Positions 25,512 through 34,109 of a stretch of DNA of 64,000 nt are shown one piece after another. Both the position numbers and the translations under genes were made by a program. Position 1 is the first letter of the stretch. Each line of letters opens with the position of its first letter. The DNA is from a virus. The DNA lies in IMG/VR virus record IMGVR_UViG_3300021399_000004, positions 64,001 through 128,000 of that record; one strand, written 5' to 3'. The notes beneath the pieces were generated by a model. It was not told where the DNA came from, did not search any database, and saw nothing but the letters and a program-made list of their open reading frames with translations.

Positions 25512-25933
25512 CGCAATACCTCCTCACAATAGCCATCTGTAGTTGTGTAAAGAATAGTACGAATACCATAGGAATGAATCATTGCCATACATGCGGGACA
25601 AGGACGTGAATTTGCAGTGCGGCCATCCTTAAATTCCCTATATACATATATTTTAACCTTAGAAAAATCAATATCTAAGTATTTGATTTTAGAAAGGCAG
25701 GCAATCTCGCTATGCTTCTTACTAGGAAGATATTTAGAGCCGTCGTCTTTAAACCGATATTGGTTAAATTGCTTCTGAAGAGTATGGGTACGGTCGGAAT
25801 TACATCCTTTTGCTAGAACCGTTCCTTTATATACCGCTACACAACCAATTTTTACCGCAGTCGTTCCAGAGTAGTCCGCGCGCAAAGATTCTTCACGCGC
25901 AACCTGAAACAAGTGATAATCCGATTTATTCAT
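25508..25933 (-). CDS. dCMP/cytidine deaminase (zinc-dependent)
   Basis: HSE...PCPAC zinc-binding motifs. SD GGAAGG. Confidence 0.8.
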   Translation of the reverse strand: MNKSDYHLFQVAREESLRADYSGTTAVKIGCVAVYKGTVLAKGCNSDRTHTLQKQFNQYRFKDDGSKYLPSKKHSEIACLSKIKYLDIDFSKVKIYVYREFKDGRTANSRPCPACMAMIHSYGIRTILYTTTDGYCEEVLR

Positions 25934-25974
25934 ATTGCGGCCAAATTCCTTCCCTTTCCTTTGTTACTATAATA

Positions 25975-26003
25975 ATTATACATAAATATTTAGGAAAAGT
26001 CAA
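25975..26003 (-). promoter_or_regulatory. SigA/sigma-70-type promoter
   Basis: TTGACT-17-TATAAT on the - strand. Confidence 0.65.
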
Positions 26004-26151
26004 ATGTTTGATCCTTAAAATTTTCAACGATCAATTCTTCATAATTCGACATAACTGCATGACAAAAAGGACAAGAAGCTAGCGGCTCCTTGAACATCAT
26101 GCGGCAATTAGAACAACGATAACCATCAATAATTGGCTTAAGAGAGGCCAT
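25990..26151 (-). CDS. Zinc-ribbon protein, 53 aa
   Basis: ATG to TAA frame with CSNC...CPFC. Below the track cutoff. Confidence 0.55.
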   Translation of the reverse strand: MASLKPIIDGYRCSNCRMMFKEPLASCPFCHAVMSNYEELIVENFKDQTFDFS

Positions 26152-26153
26152 AC

Positions 26154-26519
26154 TTAATCACTCCAATCTTCATCAATATGGGTTTCATTATCCATCCATT
26201 CAAGGACACTTACTCCAATTTGATCGCACTTATTAAGCATACGATCTTCTGCTTCGTCTTGGGTTTCGTCATCAAACATATCAAAAGCAATAGTTGGCTT
26301 CATAATCAGGCGGCGGTGCGCTTGAGATTTGATATGGTCACAGTATTCCCTAAAGTTCTCTAGAATTGCGACAGGAGACTTTAGATTACCTTTTTCCATG
26401 GGGTACTCCGCGCGCAAAAGCTCACAATTGGGGCAAACAATTTCCCATCCATAACCTGGATGCATAGCCTTAATTGCTACTTGATGATGACAGATAGGGC
26501 AACGATAATCCTTACTCAT
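26154..26519 (-). CDS. Zinc-ribbon protein with acidic C-terminus, 121 aa
   Basis: SD GGAGGA 7 nt before the internal ATG (MSKDY) of the track ORF. CPIC...CPNC motifs. Confidence 0.75.
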   Translation of the reverse strand: MSKDYRCPICHHQVAIKAMHPGYGWEIVCPNCELLRAEYPMEKGNLKSPVAILENFREYCDHIKSQAHRRLIMKPTIAFDMFDDETQDEAEDRMLNKCDQIGVSVLEWMDNETHIDEDWSD

Positions 26520-26682
26520 TTTTATATCCTCCATGATAAGTCAGTTCATGCGGGTGCGCACAAAAGTTACCTTGAAAAATTCCGTATTTGAAAATAAAAT
26601 TATGATATGGGCAGTCTGGGCAATTGTAACCTTGAAGGCGGCAATAACGGCGATATTTAATCCATGATATAAAACGTTTCAT
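26512..26682 (-). CDS. Cys-rich small protein, 56 aa
   Basis: SD GGAGGAAAA before ATG (MKRFISW), in frame with track ORF 26512..26718. Confidence 0.65.
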   Translation of the reverse strand: MKRFISWIKYRRYCRLQGYNCPDCPYHNFIFKYGIFQGNFCAHPHELTYHGGYKNE

Positions 26683-26777
26683 TAATTTTCCTCCGGTGGT
26701 TCTGGTAGCGGCGTCCAATGGGACACCATCATGTCGATGTAGCCTTCATAATCGTCTGTCCACTCGCTGTCAGGCAT
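26682..26777 (-). CDS. DUF551-like C-terminal fragment ORF, 31 aa
   Basis: ATG overlaps the upstream stop. Ends ..HWTPLPEPPEEN. May be a remnant. Confidence 0.35.
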   Translation of the reverse strand: MPDSEWTDDYEGYIDMMVSHWTPLPEPPEEN

Positions 26778-27339
26778 CGCCGCTCACCCCTTCCGGCTTC
26801 CAATCTCCGTTCAACATTGAACGGCATACACGGTGGAACTCTGCAAGCCCGAGGTGCTTGATTGTTGTGAGAAGGTAGACGATTAGGTTTTCCGTGTCCT
26901 GATGGAAGTGCCGTCCGTTTCTGACTTTGTTGTAATAGTTTAGCGGTTCGTCTTCAGTCCACTTTTCACCGCTGTACACCATCCCAGCACCGATCCAATC
27001 ACACACCATTTCAATCACATATCGCAACGGAATCTTATGCGGAAATACTTCTCCAGTCTTGTTATTATAATCGCACCAGTATTCCCAATGGTGCTTGTTA
27101 TGCCCCTTGTGATGAAGCCAGGCGTTTGAGTATCCAATCGCTTCTGTCTCTGCCTCAATAGGGCTTCTGTCTCCTTGGAAATACCGCGCGGACGGAATAA
27201 ACTCTTGCACGCTGAATTTGGACAGGTCATGCACAACGCCTTGCCACCAGATGCCACAAGCTTTGCATTCCCGATATACGACCATCTTGTGTTTGCAGAT
27301 AGTTTTAAAATGCCTCCACATCTTCCTAATATCATTCAT
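26770..27339 (-). CDS. DUF5662-like protein (HDLSK motif), 189 aa
   Basis: Intact track ORF. Family assignment is from memory of the HDLSKF motif. Confidence 0.7.
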   Translation of the reverse strand: MNDIRKMWRHFKTICKHKMVVYRECKACGIWWQGVVHDLSKFSVQEFIPSARYFQGDRSPIEAETEAIGYSNAWLHHKGHNKHHWEYWCDYNNKTGEVFPHKIPLRYVIEMVCDWIGAGMVYSGEKWTEDEPLNYYNKVRNGRHFHQDTENLIVYLLTTIKHLGLAEFHRVCRSMLNGDWKPEGVSGDA

Positions 27340-27679
27340 TTTCGTTTTCCTCCTCCGGCGGTTCCGGCAGTGGCATCCAGTGGGTGATTCCCGAAAAGTA
27401 CGCCGCTGTCAACCACCCCAACTCTGTGTAAGTCGCGGTCTCCATTCCGCGCGGTCTACTCATTTTAGGCGAGTACACAAGACACTGTGCTGGTGGCTCT
27501 GGCAGCCTGTCCTTGACACTGATCCAGTCACTGACAGTTGGAGCATTATGAATGTCTTCAAGGATCTAGTCCTTCATCTGAGTTTTGCCCCTCGCCCAAT
27601 CAGCAGTTGGGCAACATGATACACTAGTCACATGATCCTCTACTGTTTCAATTAAGACGTCAGCATCAATCGGTCGCAT
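27332..27679 (-). CDS. DUF551-like protein, 115 aa, one in-frame TAG
   Basis: ATG 27679 to TGA 27332-27334. Contains WISVKDRLPEP...THWMPLPEPPEE. Missed by the track because of the TAG. Confidence 0.7.
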
Positions 27680-27857
27680 TACTTAACCACGCTCCATTTG
27701 AACAGTAATCATCCGCAGATCGTTCACCGCCGAACTTAAAACACATGCCATTAACCCAATCTTCACTAATAAAGAAACTACACGTTCTGCATCGCGGCAA
27801 TGTGTACAATGGTACATATATAGTAGGTGTAGAGTTTGTCTCATCAATCGTCTGCAT
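27666..27857 (-). CDS. Cys-rich small protein, 63 aa
   Basis: SD GGAGG 9 nt before the internal ATG (MQTIDE). CRTC...C...DDYCSNG motif, paralogous to 27844..28071. Confidence 0.6.
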   Translation of the reverse strand: MQTIDETNSTPTIYVPLYTLPRCRTCSFFISEDWVNGMCFKFGGERSADDYCSNGAWLSNATD

Positions 27858-28071
27858 CTGTCTTAGCCTCCCCATCTGCACAGTACCATTCGTCGCTAGT
27901 CCCAAAACCGTGGCGACTGCACCAGCCGCCGCCAGGTGTCCATCCTTCTGGACTATAGTGCTTACAATTCTAACATCGGACCAACTCGGTCTGTTCAATT
28001 GCAATTACAATTTCCGTTTGGTTTTTATCGTCAAACTTCGGCGTGAACAACCATCCATCGGGTAGTTTCAT
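27844..28071 (-). CDS. Cys-rich small protein, 75 aa, one in-frame TAG
   Basis: ATG overlaps the upstream TAA (TAATG). ELVRC[TAG]NCKHY...DEWYCADGE motif. Confidence 0.6.
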
Positions 28072-28385
28072 TACCACTTCACCGCCTTTCCACAATAGCG
28101 GCAAAACCTGTCCTTGTAATCAATCGCCTCATGACATGCGCCGCACCCGTAATACCAGCTATCATCATCACTATCATGTTCAATATGCGGCACCACAGGC
28201 TCTTTCAGATCACATGTATCACACCAACGATCTTGTGCCGTGCGAATAATGTCCTTGGCGTCATACGACAGCTTGCTCAACATACCGTGTGTGATCTCGT
28301 ATATCACAATCTGATACTGTGTTAAAGCATAATCGACACCCTCTGGGGTCAGCCCATGATTCTCTGCAATTTCTTTAAGCTCCAT
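28071..28385 (-). CDS. Zinc-ribbon protein, 104 aa (C-terminal CRYCGKAVKW)
   Basis: Track ORF, one of three paralogs ending C..CG[RK].[VI]KW. Confidence 0.75.
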   Translation of the reverse strand: MELKEIAENHGLTPEGVDYALTQYQIVIYEITHGMLSKLSYDAKDIIRTAQDRWCDTCDLKEPVVPHIEHDSDDDSWYYGCGACHEAIDYKDRFCRYCGKAVKW

Positions 28386-28677
28386 CCCACTTCACCTTTC
28401 TCCCGCACTGAGGGCAATACACCGCATCGCCAAGTAGCGATTCGCAAGCTCCGCATATGGGTATTTTGTATTTCTGTTCAGTGAACATATCCTCAAAGTC
28501 AAACCATTTTGGTTCCACGGGCTCTTGCTTTTGAAGTAAAGTAAGAGCGTTACGCGCTATTGACCGAAAACAACTGGCAGAAATGCGATCCTCATAATAC
28601 GGGCAATCTGAATGACATTCGACATTTTCATCCGCTAAACACTTCAAGCCTGCGATGACCTTCTTTATGTTAATCAT
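28375..28677 (-). CDS. Zinc-ribbon protein, 100 aa (CPQCGRKVKW)
   Basis: Track ORF, paralog family. Confidence 0.75.
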   Translation of the reverse strand: MINIKKVIAGLKCLADENVECHSDCPYYEDRISASCFRSIARNALTLLQKQEPVEPKWFDFEDMFTEQKYKIPICGACESLLGDAVYCPQCGRKVKWDGA

Positions 28678-28689
28678 CCAACTTTATCC

Positions 28690-29016
28690 TCACTTCTTTA
28701 CATTACTTTTATTTTTTCTAAACACATATTTATATGCTTCCCATAATTTGCAAAATGCCTTGTATACGCATGTTATAAAAAGTGTCAGAACATAACCCGG
28801 TAAAAGCAATAATGACATTGCAACAATAATAATTGTTAATCCAGCAGTATTGAGCCTGTCTTCATTATTTTCATAAAACATTATTGCGTACCAAAATGCT
28901 GTTTTAAAAGACAATTTATCATCAAAGAATGTTGCAAACATCATTTGTAAAAAGCCGCCTACAAAACCACCGACTAAAATCCAAAAAACTAAAATCTTTA
29001 TTAATAAATCATTCAT
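28690..29016 (-). CDS. Membrane protein, 108 aa
   Basis: Track ORF with about 3 hydrophobic segments. Confidence 0.7.
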   Translation of the reverse strand: MNDLLIKILVFWILVGGFVGGFLQMMFATFFDDKLSFKTAFWYAIMFYENNEDRLNTAGLTIIIVAMSLLLLPGYVLTLFITCVYKAFCKLWEAYKYVFRKNKSNVKK

Positions 29017-29287
29017 TCCACTTTATCTTCCTACCGCACCAGCGACAATAGTTATCATTTGAGTCAATTACGTACAAGCAGTTCCCGCAAATACAAATAC
29101 CGTCCCTGCCAATAATCGCCTTCGTTGACTTTGGCTCACGAACCAAAGCAATAGCATCTGGTATCGTCTCACTAATTAGCGTCAATAACTTGTCTTTGAT
29201 ATACTGGCTATGAACCCACCTATCATATGCTTCATCGCAAATGTCCGTAAGACCCTTGAGAACTTTCTTCCGATCAGGCATCCTCAC
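29009..29287 (-). CDS. Zinc-ribbon protein, 92 aa (CRWCGRKIKW)
   Basis: Track ORF, paralog family. Confidence 0.75.
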   Translation of the reverse strand: MRMPDRKKVLKGLTDICDEAYDRWVHSQYIKDKLLTLISETIPDAIALVREPKSTKAIIGRDGICICGNCLYVIDSNDNYCRWCGRKIKWNE

Positions 29288-29432
29288 TCACCTCTTCATC
29301 AAGGTTGCAATAATTAAAGAGCCTTGCTCTCCATCTCTTCCATCTACTTTTCTTATAGGCTTTGCGCGTACAATGTAGAACATCATTCAAACGAGAACTA
29401 TTTTTCCCAGTAATCCATATAAATTCAGTCAT
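29274..29432 (-). CDS. Basic small protein, 52 aa
   Basis: ATG overlaps the upstream stop. TGA stop. Below the track cutoff. Confidence 0.45.
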   Translation of the reverse strand: MTEFIWITGKNSSRLNDVLHCTRKAYKKSRWKRWRARLFNYCNLDEEVSEDA

Positions 29433-29686
29433 ACGTCATCTTCCTCCTCCGGCATCTTGGGCAGCGGCTGCCAATATTTCACACGACTAACTTCATAATA
29501 GCCATCACTCTCATAATTATAAAAGCCAGAACGTTTAAGGCCATTAAAGGCCCAATCATCTACTGCTTCAAGGTTAAGCGCAAAATATGCAATGTCAATG
29601 AAACGATTCTCACCCTTACCAATAATAACCAAATACTTGCCATTCTTCGGAGGCCGCGCTTCATTCAATCGAGTCCAAGTTTTCAT
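29429..29686 (-). CDS. DUF551-like protein, 85 aa
   Basis: Track ORF containing KYWQPLPKMPEEE. Confidence 0.75.
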   Translation of the reverse strand: MKTWTRLNEARPPKNGKYLVIIGKGENRFIDIAYFALNLEAVDDWAFNGLKRSGFYNYESDGYYEVSRVKYWQPLPKMPEEEDDV

Positions 29687-29715
29687 ACTGCATTTACCTC
29701 ACTTTCTATATCTAT

Positions 29716-29744
29716 ATTATAATTGAAAAAATAGAAAAAGTCAA
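29716..29744 (-). promoter_or_regulatory. SigA-type promoter
   Basis: TTGACT-17-TATAAT on the - strand. Confidence 0.65.
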
Positions 29745-29968
29745 TAATTTTCTTTAGTTATATTTTCAGAAACAATGAACCAATTATCATCTGGCTCTCT
29801 GTATTTTAGCCGAGAATACATATTATCTACTTCCGCGCGCGAATCAAAACGAAGGGCGCCGGCGCTATTGTCGGTTAAATAAATTTCATTGGCGAAAAAG
29901 CCTTGGAAATATTTTAATTCGTTATAGTACATTTTTGCTAGGAGATATTTTGTTGTCATGGGAACCAC
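29741..29968 (-). CDS. Hypothetical protein, 75 aa
   Basis: Track ORF with SD AAGAAGGTGG. Confidence 0.75.
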   Translation of the reverse strand: MVPMTTKYLLAKMYYNELKYFQGFFANEIYLTDNSAGALRFDSRAEVDNMYSRLKYREPDDNWFIVSENITKENY

Positions 29969-29998
29969 CTTCTTTATTTTATTAAAATGGCGGCAGCG

Positions 29999-30020
29999 GC
30001 GCCCCGATTTATCGGGGCGC
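29999..30020 (-). terminator. GC-rich stem-loop
   Basis: Stem GCGCCCCGA / TCGGGGCGC with a 4-nt loop. No clear U tract. Confidence 0.4.
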
Positions 30021-30066
30021 GTGCGCTGCTTATTTTGTTTTTATATTGTTATATTATATTGTTATG

Positions 30067-30159
30067 TGTCCGGTGAACGGATACATTTTATTAGAAAATA
30101 TGTCCGGTGAACGGACACTTCACCTGTCCGATGAACGGACAGTGTCCGGTGAACGGACA
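30067..30159. repeat. Four copies of a 17-bp palindromic iteron TGTCCG-NTGAA-CGGACA next to an AT-rich tract
   Basis: Copies at 30067-30083 (degenerate), 30101-30117, 30125-30141 and 30143-30159. The array abuts the stop of the Rep-like gene 30162..30524. Confidence 0.85.
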
Positions 30160-30161
30160 CA

Positions 30162-30524
30162 TCATTCCATTATCTTTTTATAATTAATACATATTTCTTT
30201 ATATGGTGTATATGTTATAAAGCCTGCGTCATGCAAGCCTTTTCTTGCTTCGCTATATCGGTTATGAGTAAATCCGCAATAAGAACAGATAGTCTCTTCT
30301 GCGGGATGAAAATCTCCATTTTGTTTCTGAAAAATTAAATATAATAAAAGGGTTCGTTGGTTGCCGCTTTTACCTGGAATTTTTTCATTAATTTTTTTAA
30401 ATAATTCAGGATAAATAATCCAACTTTGTGATTCTTTATATTCACTTTTTTCAATATCACTTGTGAGGGCTATCGCCTTCGATTCTTGTAACATTTTTAT
30501 CACATCCTGTACTGTGAGTGTCAT
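30162..30524 (-). CDS. Replication-initiator/DnaD-like wHTH protein (tentative), 120 aa
   Basis: Track ORF. The start is uncertain because it overlaps 30457..30693. Pattern GNQRTLLLYL...FHPAEETI...ARKGLHDAGFI. Confidence 0.6.
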   Translation of the reverse strand: MTLTVQDVIKMLQESKAIALTSDIEKSEYKESQSWIIYPELFKKINEKIPGKSGNQRTLLLYLIFQKQNGDFHPAEETICSYCGFTHNRYSEARKGLHDAGFITYTPYKEICINYKKIME

Positions 30525-30693
30525 TTGTGGGCTTTGTTAAAGCCTTTACCGCTTTACGTAAAGCAGGTGTTTCTTCAAAATAATAAACTGATTTACCTAT
30601 AAATTTATCATTCGGTGCAATTTTAATGACATCAAATCCTTGGTATTCTAATTGCCGCATTACTCTTCGAGAAAAAACTGGAAAAAGTGTCAT
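30457..30693 (-). CDS. DUF5659-like protein, 78 aa
   Basis: Track ORF. The 3' end overlaps the next gene, so the true stop or the next start is uncertain. Confidence 0.55.
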   Translation of the reverse strand: MTLFPVFSRRVMRQLEYQGFDVIKIAPNDKFIGKSVYYFEETPALRKAVKALTKPTNDTHSTGCDKNVTRIEGDSPHK

Positions 30694-30699
30694 TTGTTA

Positions 30700-30915
30700 T
30701 CACTCCTGGATAATTTCATTAATTAGTTTCTTATATCTTTTTAATCCTTCTCTAATAGATACTACTTTTTCTCCATTAGGTAGTCTTTTTCCTGTAACAT
30801 AATTTTTAATTGCAGAAACAGAACAATTACAAAAATGAGCCAGTGTCGTTAAACTTACATCTGGCCCATTAGGATCATTTAACTTAGTTAAAATTTCACA
30901 TTCTAACATATTCAT
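30700..30915 (-). CDS. HTH DNA-binding protein, 71 aa
   Basis: Track ORF. SLTTLAHFCNCSVSAIKNYV helix-turn-helix pattern. Paralog of 33559..33759. Confidence 0.75.
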   Translation of the reverse strand: MNMLECEILTKLNDPNGPDVSLTTLAHFCNCSVSAIKNYVTGKRLPNGEKVVSIREGLKRYKKLINEIIQE

Positions 30916-30997
30916 CGCCTCCGATATAATTGTGACGAGATTATGGCTTATCCTCGTTAAAAATTTTTTGACATACTAATTATTTTTTTGCACACTA

Positions 30998-31025
30998 CGA
31001 GAAAAAGAAGGATAGTTTCCTATCC
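30998..31025 (-). terminator. Rho-independent terminator
   Basis: GGATAG-GAAA-CTATCC followed by TTCTTTTTC on the - strand. Confidence 0.6.
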
Positions 31026-31358
31026 TTAATTTATCCCATAATCCTGTGCCGCTTCTCCGCTATAACTCAAATTCCCATGACTCGGGTCAGCCACCATGAC
31101 CACACAGGAATAATGTGTCAAGTAATACTTTCCATTAATCATTAGCTGAATTGTGTCACTATTATCGTAATCTCTCCATTGCGTAATGTACCCTTCTACA
31201 ATATCCTTATCACCTAACCTAATATAAGCATAAGTAAAAGTTTGTACATCCTTACCCGCAATAACCCGATTACCCCTTTGTTCAGTGCAACTACTTAGTA
31301 CAAGCGCCGCAATAGCTAAAACCGCAATTAGGCAAAAAGCCTTCCAATTCTTCTTCAT
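31026..31358 (-). CDS. Lipoprotein, 110 aa
   Basis: Signal peptide plus lipobox LSSC. Confidence 0.8.
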   Translation of the reverse strand: MKKNWKAFCLIAVLAIAALVLSSCTEQRGNRVIAGKDVQTFTYAYIRLGDKDIVEGYITQWRDYDNSDTIQLMINGKYYLTHYSCVVMVADPSHGNLSYSGEAAQDYGIN

Positions 31359-31586
31359 TTACTTCACCTCAAAAACCTTTCCATTACAAAAATGTAGAAA
31401 AAGCCTATAACCGCAATCCATTGTATCGGTACTAATCGCGCAAGGTTGTGTCGTATAAATAACTGGTTCTCCTGTCAAAATAGCTTCCTAAGTTTCCTCA
31501 TAAGCATAACAAACAGGGTGCCATGTTTCAACTGTTAAAGTTTTCCATAGTACCGCCGCAGATTCAAACCAATGTATTTCCCTCAT
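31359..31586 (-). CDS. Hypothetical protein, 75 aa, one in-frame TAG
   Basis: ATG 31586 to TAA 31359-31361, directly abutting the next ATG. Missed by the track. Confidence 0.6.
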
Positions 31587-31746
31587 CCTTTATCTCCTCT
31601 GTGAAAAAAGTAAGCCAATCAAGCATATCCTGATGCAGCAGAGCAAGACAATCTGCTACGCCGCCATATGGACAGAAACGACAATTGTAGTTATTAGTTC
31701 CCTTACAATGTTTAAGGCCCTCAATCATCTTATCAATTTTCTTCAT
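31564..31746 (-). CDS. Cys-rich protein, 60 aa
   Basis: Track ORF containing CRFCPYGG..C. Confidence 0.7.
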   Translation of the reverse strand: MKKIDKMIEGLKHCKGTNNYNCRFCPYGGVADCLALLHQDMLDWLTFFTEEIKDEGNTLV

Positions 31747-32020
31747 ATCTTTCCTTCACCCTTGCAATAACATCGTCCGCAGTAAGCCAACCTTCAACGC
31801 TATCCTCGCATGAAGGATCAACAATTTCTCCCATAATTTCAAGTAGACCTTTTTCATAGCCATATGAACCATAATGACAGATAGCATCCCATAAATACTC
31901 GCCCGCAGAGTCAACAACAACAATTTGGTTGCGTTCGATTCCTTCCGGATCTTTTTCTATCCGACGTACATGATAACCATTCTCAACTAAGTAAGAATAA
32001 AGTTTATCCATCTCACTCAT
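31733..32020 (-). CDS. Hypothetical protein, 95 aa
   Basis: Track ORF. Confidence 0.75.
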   Translation of the reverse strand: MSEMDKLYSYLVENGYHVRRIEKDPEGIERNQIVVVDSAGEYLWDAICHYGSYGYEKGLLEIMGEIVDPSCEDSVEGWLTADDVIARVKERYEEN

Positions 32021-32026
32021 TGCTTA

Positions 32027-32329
32027 TTACCTCTTTCTAAAAACGTCAATAAGAAACGACCAAATTATATAAATAGCCGCAGAGCAGGTGATTGCAACAA
32101 AACTCAATAGACAAAAAGGTAAAACGATCGCGGCCAGAAGCATATCTAAAATCCAGAAGGCCCCAGGAATTAGGAAATCAGAGAACTCTTGATAAAAACC
32201 AATCATTGGAAGGAAAGCAAGACGAAATGCACTTCGCATATAACCTTCTGCGGTACTATGCGCGAGGTAGGCGTACCGCCGCAAAAGCAGACCCCAAGTA
32301 CATCCGCTTAAAAGTAGATAGAAAATCAT
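32027..32329 (-). CDS. Membrane protein, 100 aa
   Basis: Track ORF with hydrophobic segments. Confidence 0.7.
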   Translation of the reverse strand: MIFYLLLSGCTWGLLLRRYAYLAHSTAEGYMRSAFRLAFLPMIGFYQEFSDFLIPGAFWILDMLLAAIVLPFCLLSFVAITCSAAIYIIWSFLIDVFRKR

Positions 32330-32616
32330 AAGTTAGCCTCCCGTTTAATATTAAACCAATCTAATTCCCAAGAGTCAACATCCCTATACCAACTTTTTAA
32401 CGCTTCTGCCTTACTTGCGCGTGGATGACTACAATGGCCGCATTGCGTACACTCTACATACCAAACGGGCTACTTGGTTTCAAACCATATCTTACCCTCT
32501 TCAACATTTTCCATCGCTAAGCCTTCGCGCAAATAGCGAGGATGCATTGCACCGCAAACAGGACACTCATGGATCTCTTCAACCCATTGCATTGCGTCCG
32601 CAGGATTAGTTTTCAT
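32326..32616 (-). CDS. Lar-like zinc-finger protein (restriction-alleviation family, tentative), 96 aa, one in-frame TAG
   Basis: CPVCG...CTQCGHC...KAEALKSWY pattern. ATG overlaps the upstream gene and TGA overlaps the next ATG. Confidence 0.6.
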
Positions 32617-33076
32617 TTGCATAATTTTTTTCTCCTTCTGTTAAAATATCGTATGCCATATTAATATGTTTTAGTTGCAGTCCATTATAAAAAGTAGTTT
32701 GGACAAGATGATCCATTAAGTTACCCATATCATTGTCATCATCTAGAATTACAAATTTAGTTACTTCTGGATGCTTAGCAAGCCATGCTTCAATTTGATC
32801 CCCTCGGCAACCCGTCTCCTGCTCAGTCCATGAATAAAGAGAAAGACCATACGGCCGTAAATTATCTTGTACTGCTTCGCGCGCGAAAGCTGAAATGCGC
32901 CAACTACTTGACAAAACTAGCCGTGCGTTTGTCCAATTCACCAACTCAGTTAAAAGGAACAGAGCCTTTTGGTCTAGGATTGTAACAGCATCAATTCCAT
33001 AGGTATTTAATACTTCTTGCTCCCATTTTGCACTATTCAGCACGCCATCAATATCAAGAAAAATGACCTTTGACAT
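32606..33076 (-). CDS. HAD-superfamily phosphatase (HAD_SAK-like), 156 aa
   Basis: FLDIDGVLNS, LSSSWR and ILDDD motifs. SD GGAGG 7 nt before the internal ATG. Confidence 0.8.
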   Translation of the reverse strand: MSKVIFLDIDGVLNSAKWEQEVLNTYGIDAVTILDQKALFLLTELVNWTNARLVLSSSWRISAFAREAVQDNLRPYGLSLYSWTEQETGCRGDQIEAWLAKHPEVTKFVILDDDNDMGNLMDHLVQTTFYNGLQLKHINMAYDILTEGEKNYANEN

Positions 33077-33115
33077 ATCAATTCCTCCTATTCTATTAAT
33101 ATTATATATCAAAAA

Positions 33116-33331
33116 TTAATGAATGTCAAATAATAGTTTTGCATCATCTTTCTCAATTAGCTTGCGGCCGCAAAAAGGGCAATAGTTAATAAAAGTATGC
33201 CCATATGCGTCTTCAACATTGTAGGCGCCATAAACAAGTTGCGGAGGAATACCAACATTATTCTGAAGATAAAGATAAACATCAGAATTGTCAATCATTT
33301 CTCGATTTTCAGTTTCACAATACTTACACAT
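33116..33331 (-). CDS. Zinc-ribbon protein, 71 aa
   Basis: CKYC...CPFCG. The internal ATG was chosen because an upstream TAG-containing gene overlaps the longer ORF. Confidence 0.6.
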   Translation of the reverse strand: MCKYCETENREMIDNSDVYLYLQNNVGIPPQLVYGAYNVEDAYGHTFINYCPFCGRKLIEKDDAKLLFDIH

Positions 33332-33533
33332 TATTTTCGCTTTCTCCTTTTTCAATCCAAGTTCCATTATGGCGAGATCCATGATCTGGTTCATTCCAAT
33401 ATCCAAACTAAGTCATAGTTGTTACTGCCTCATCATAACCTCTATTAAATTCTGCTTCAAGCTAAGCCTCTTTAATTTTATCCGCGACGACAATACCTGC
33501 AATAAACCCCAATAAAAGTAGTAAAGTATCCAA
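33324..33533 (-). CDS. Small membrane-anchored protein, 69 aa, two in-frame TAG
   Basis: TTG start 6 nt after GGAAGGTG. TAA stop. Start is uncertain. Confidence 0.45.
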
Positions 33534-33558
33534 GGGGATCACCTTCCTGCGCTAATCT

Positions 33559-33759
33559 TCACGCCCTTAAAATCAAATTAATTTTTTCTTGCAAACGTTT
33601 GAGTCCGTCTTTAACGTTCATAATTTTAGTACCCGTAGGAACCGATTTCCTCTATAAATAATTCTAAATTGTTCTTGGAGTACAATGACATTCGCGCGCG
33701 AGAAGTGTAATTGGGATGCCAAATTCAATTAGTTCTTGAAGCTACCACAATTCTCTCAT
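33559..33759 (-). CDS. HTH DNA-binding protein, 66 aa, three in-frame TAG
   Basis: SD AAGAAGGTGA. Sequence alignable to 30700..30915 (LLARECHCTPRTI.NYL..K..P). Confidence 0.7.
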
Positions 33760-33833
33760 GTTATCACCTTCTTTTTCAGGAAAATAGGAAAATTGCAGGC
33801 ATAAAATTCCTATTCCCCTAAAATAAAATAAAA

Positions 33834-34109
33834 TTAATGCTTCCAAACGCCGCCGCATCGCGGACAATAGTTAAACTTTTTACTAACCATTGCGCCACAA
33901 TTGCTACAATCGTAAGCAACAGGCTCATCGTCATCCACTTCAAGCCATTCAATTTCTGTAACGTTTTCAAGTGGGCCACCTCTTGCTTGGCGGCCGCAAT
34001 GCGGGCAAAAATTAGTACGTTTTCTTTGTGTATGGCCGCACATTTCGCACCTATATAGGTCAAGCCGCCAATTAGTTCGCATTCTTTCCACTTTTAACCA
34101 CCCCATCAT
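33834..34109 (-). CDS. Double zinc-ribbon protein, 91 aa
   Basis: Track ORF with four CxxC pairs. Confidence 0.75.
   Translation of the reverse strand: MMGWLKVERMRTNWRLDLYRCEMCGHTQRKRTNFCPHCGRQARGGPLENVTEIEWLEVDDDEPVAYDCSNCGAMVSKKFNYCPRCGGVWKH

Noticed and set aside
27015-27619. ORFs 27015..27335 (-), 27175..27387 (+) and 27218..27619 (+), which overlap the DUF5662-like and DUF551-like genes.
   Set aside because: They are alternative frames or strands of better-supported genes. They have Arg/Cys/Pro-rich, unprotein-like sequences and no SD.
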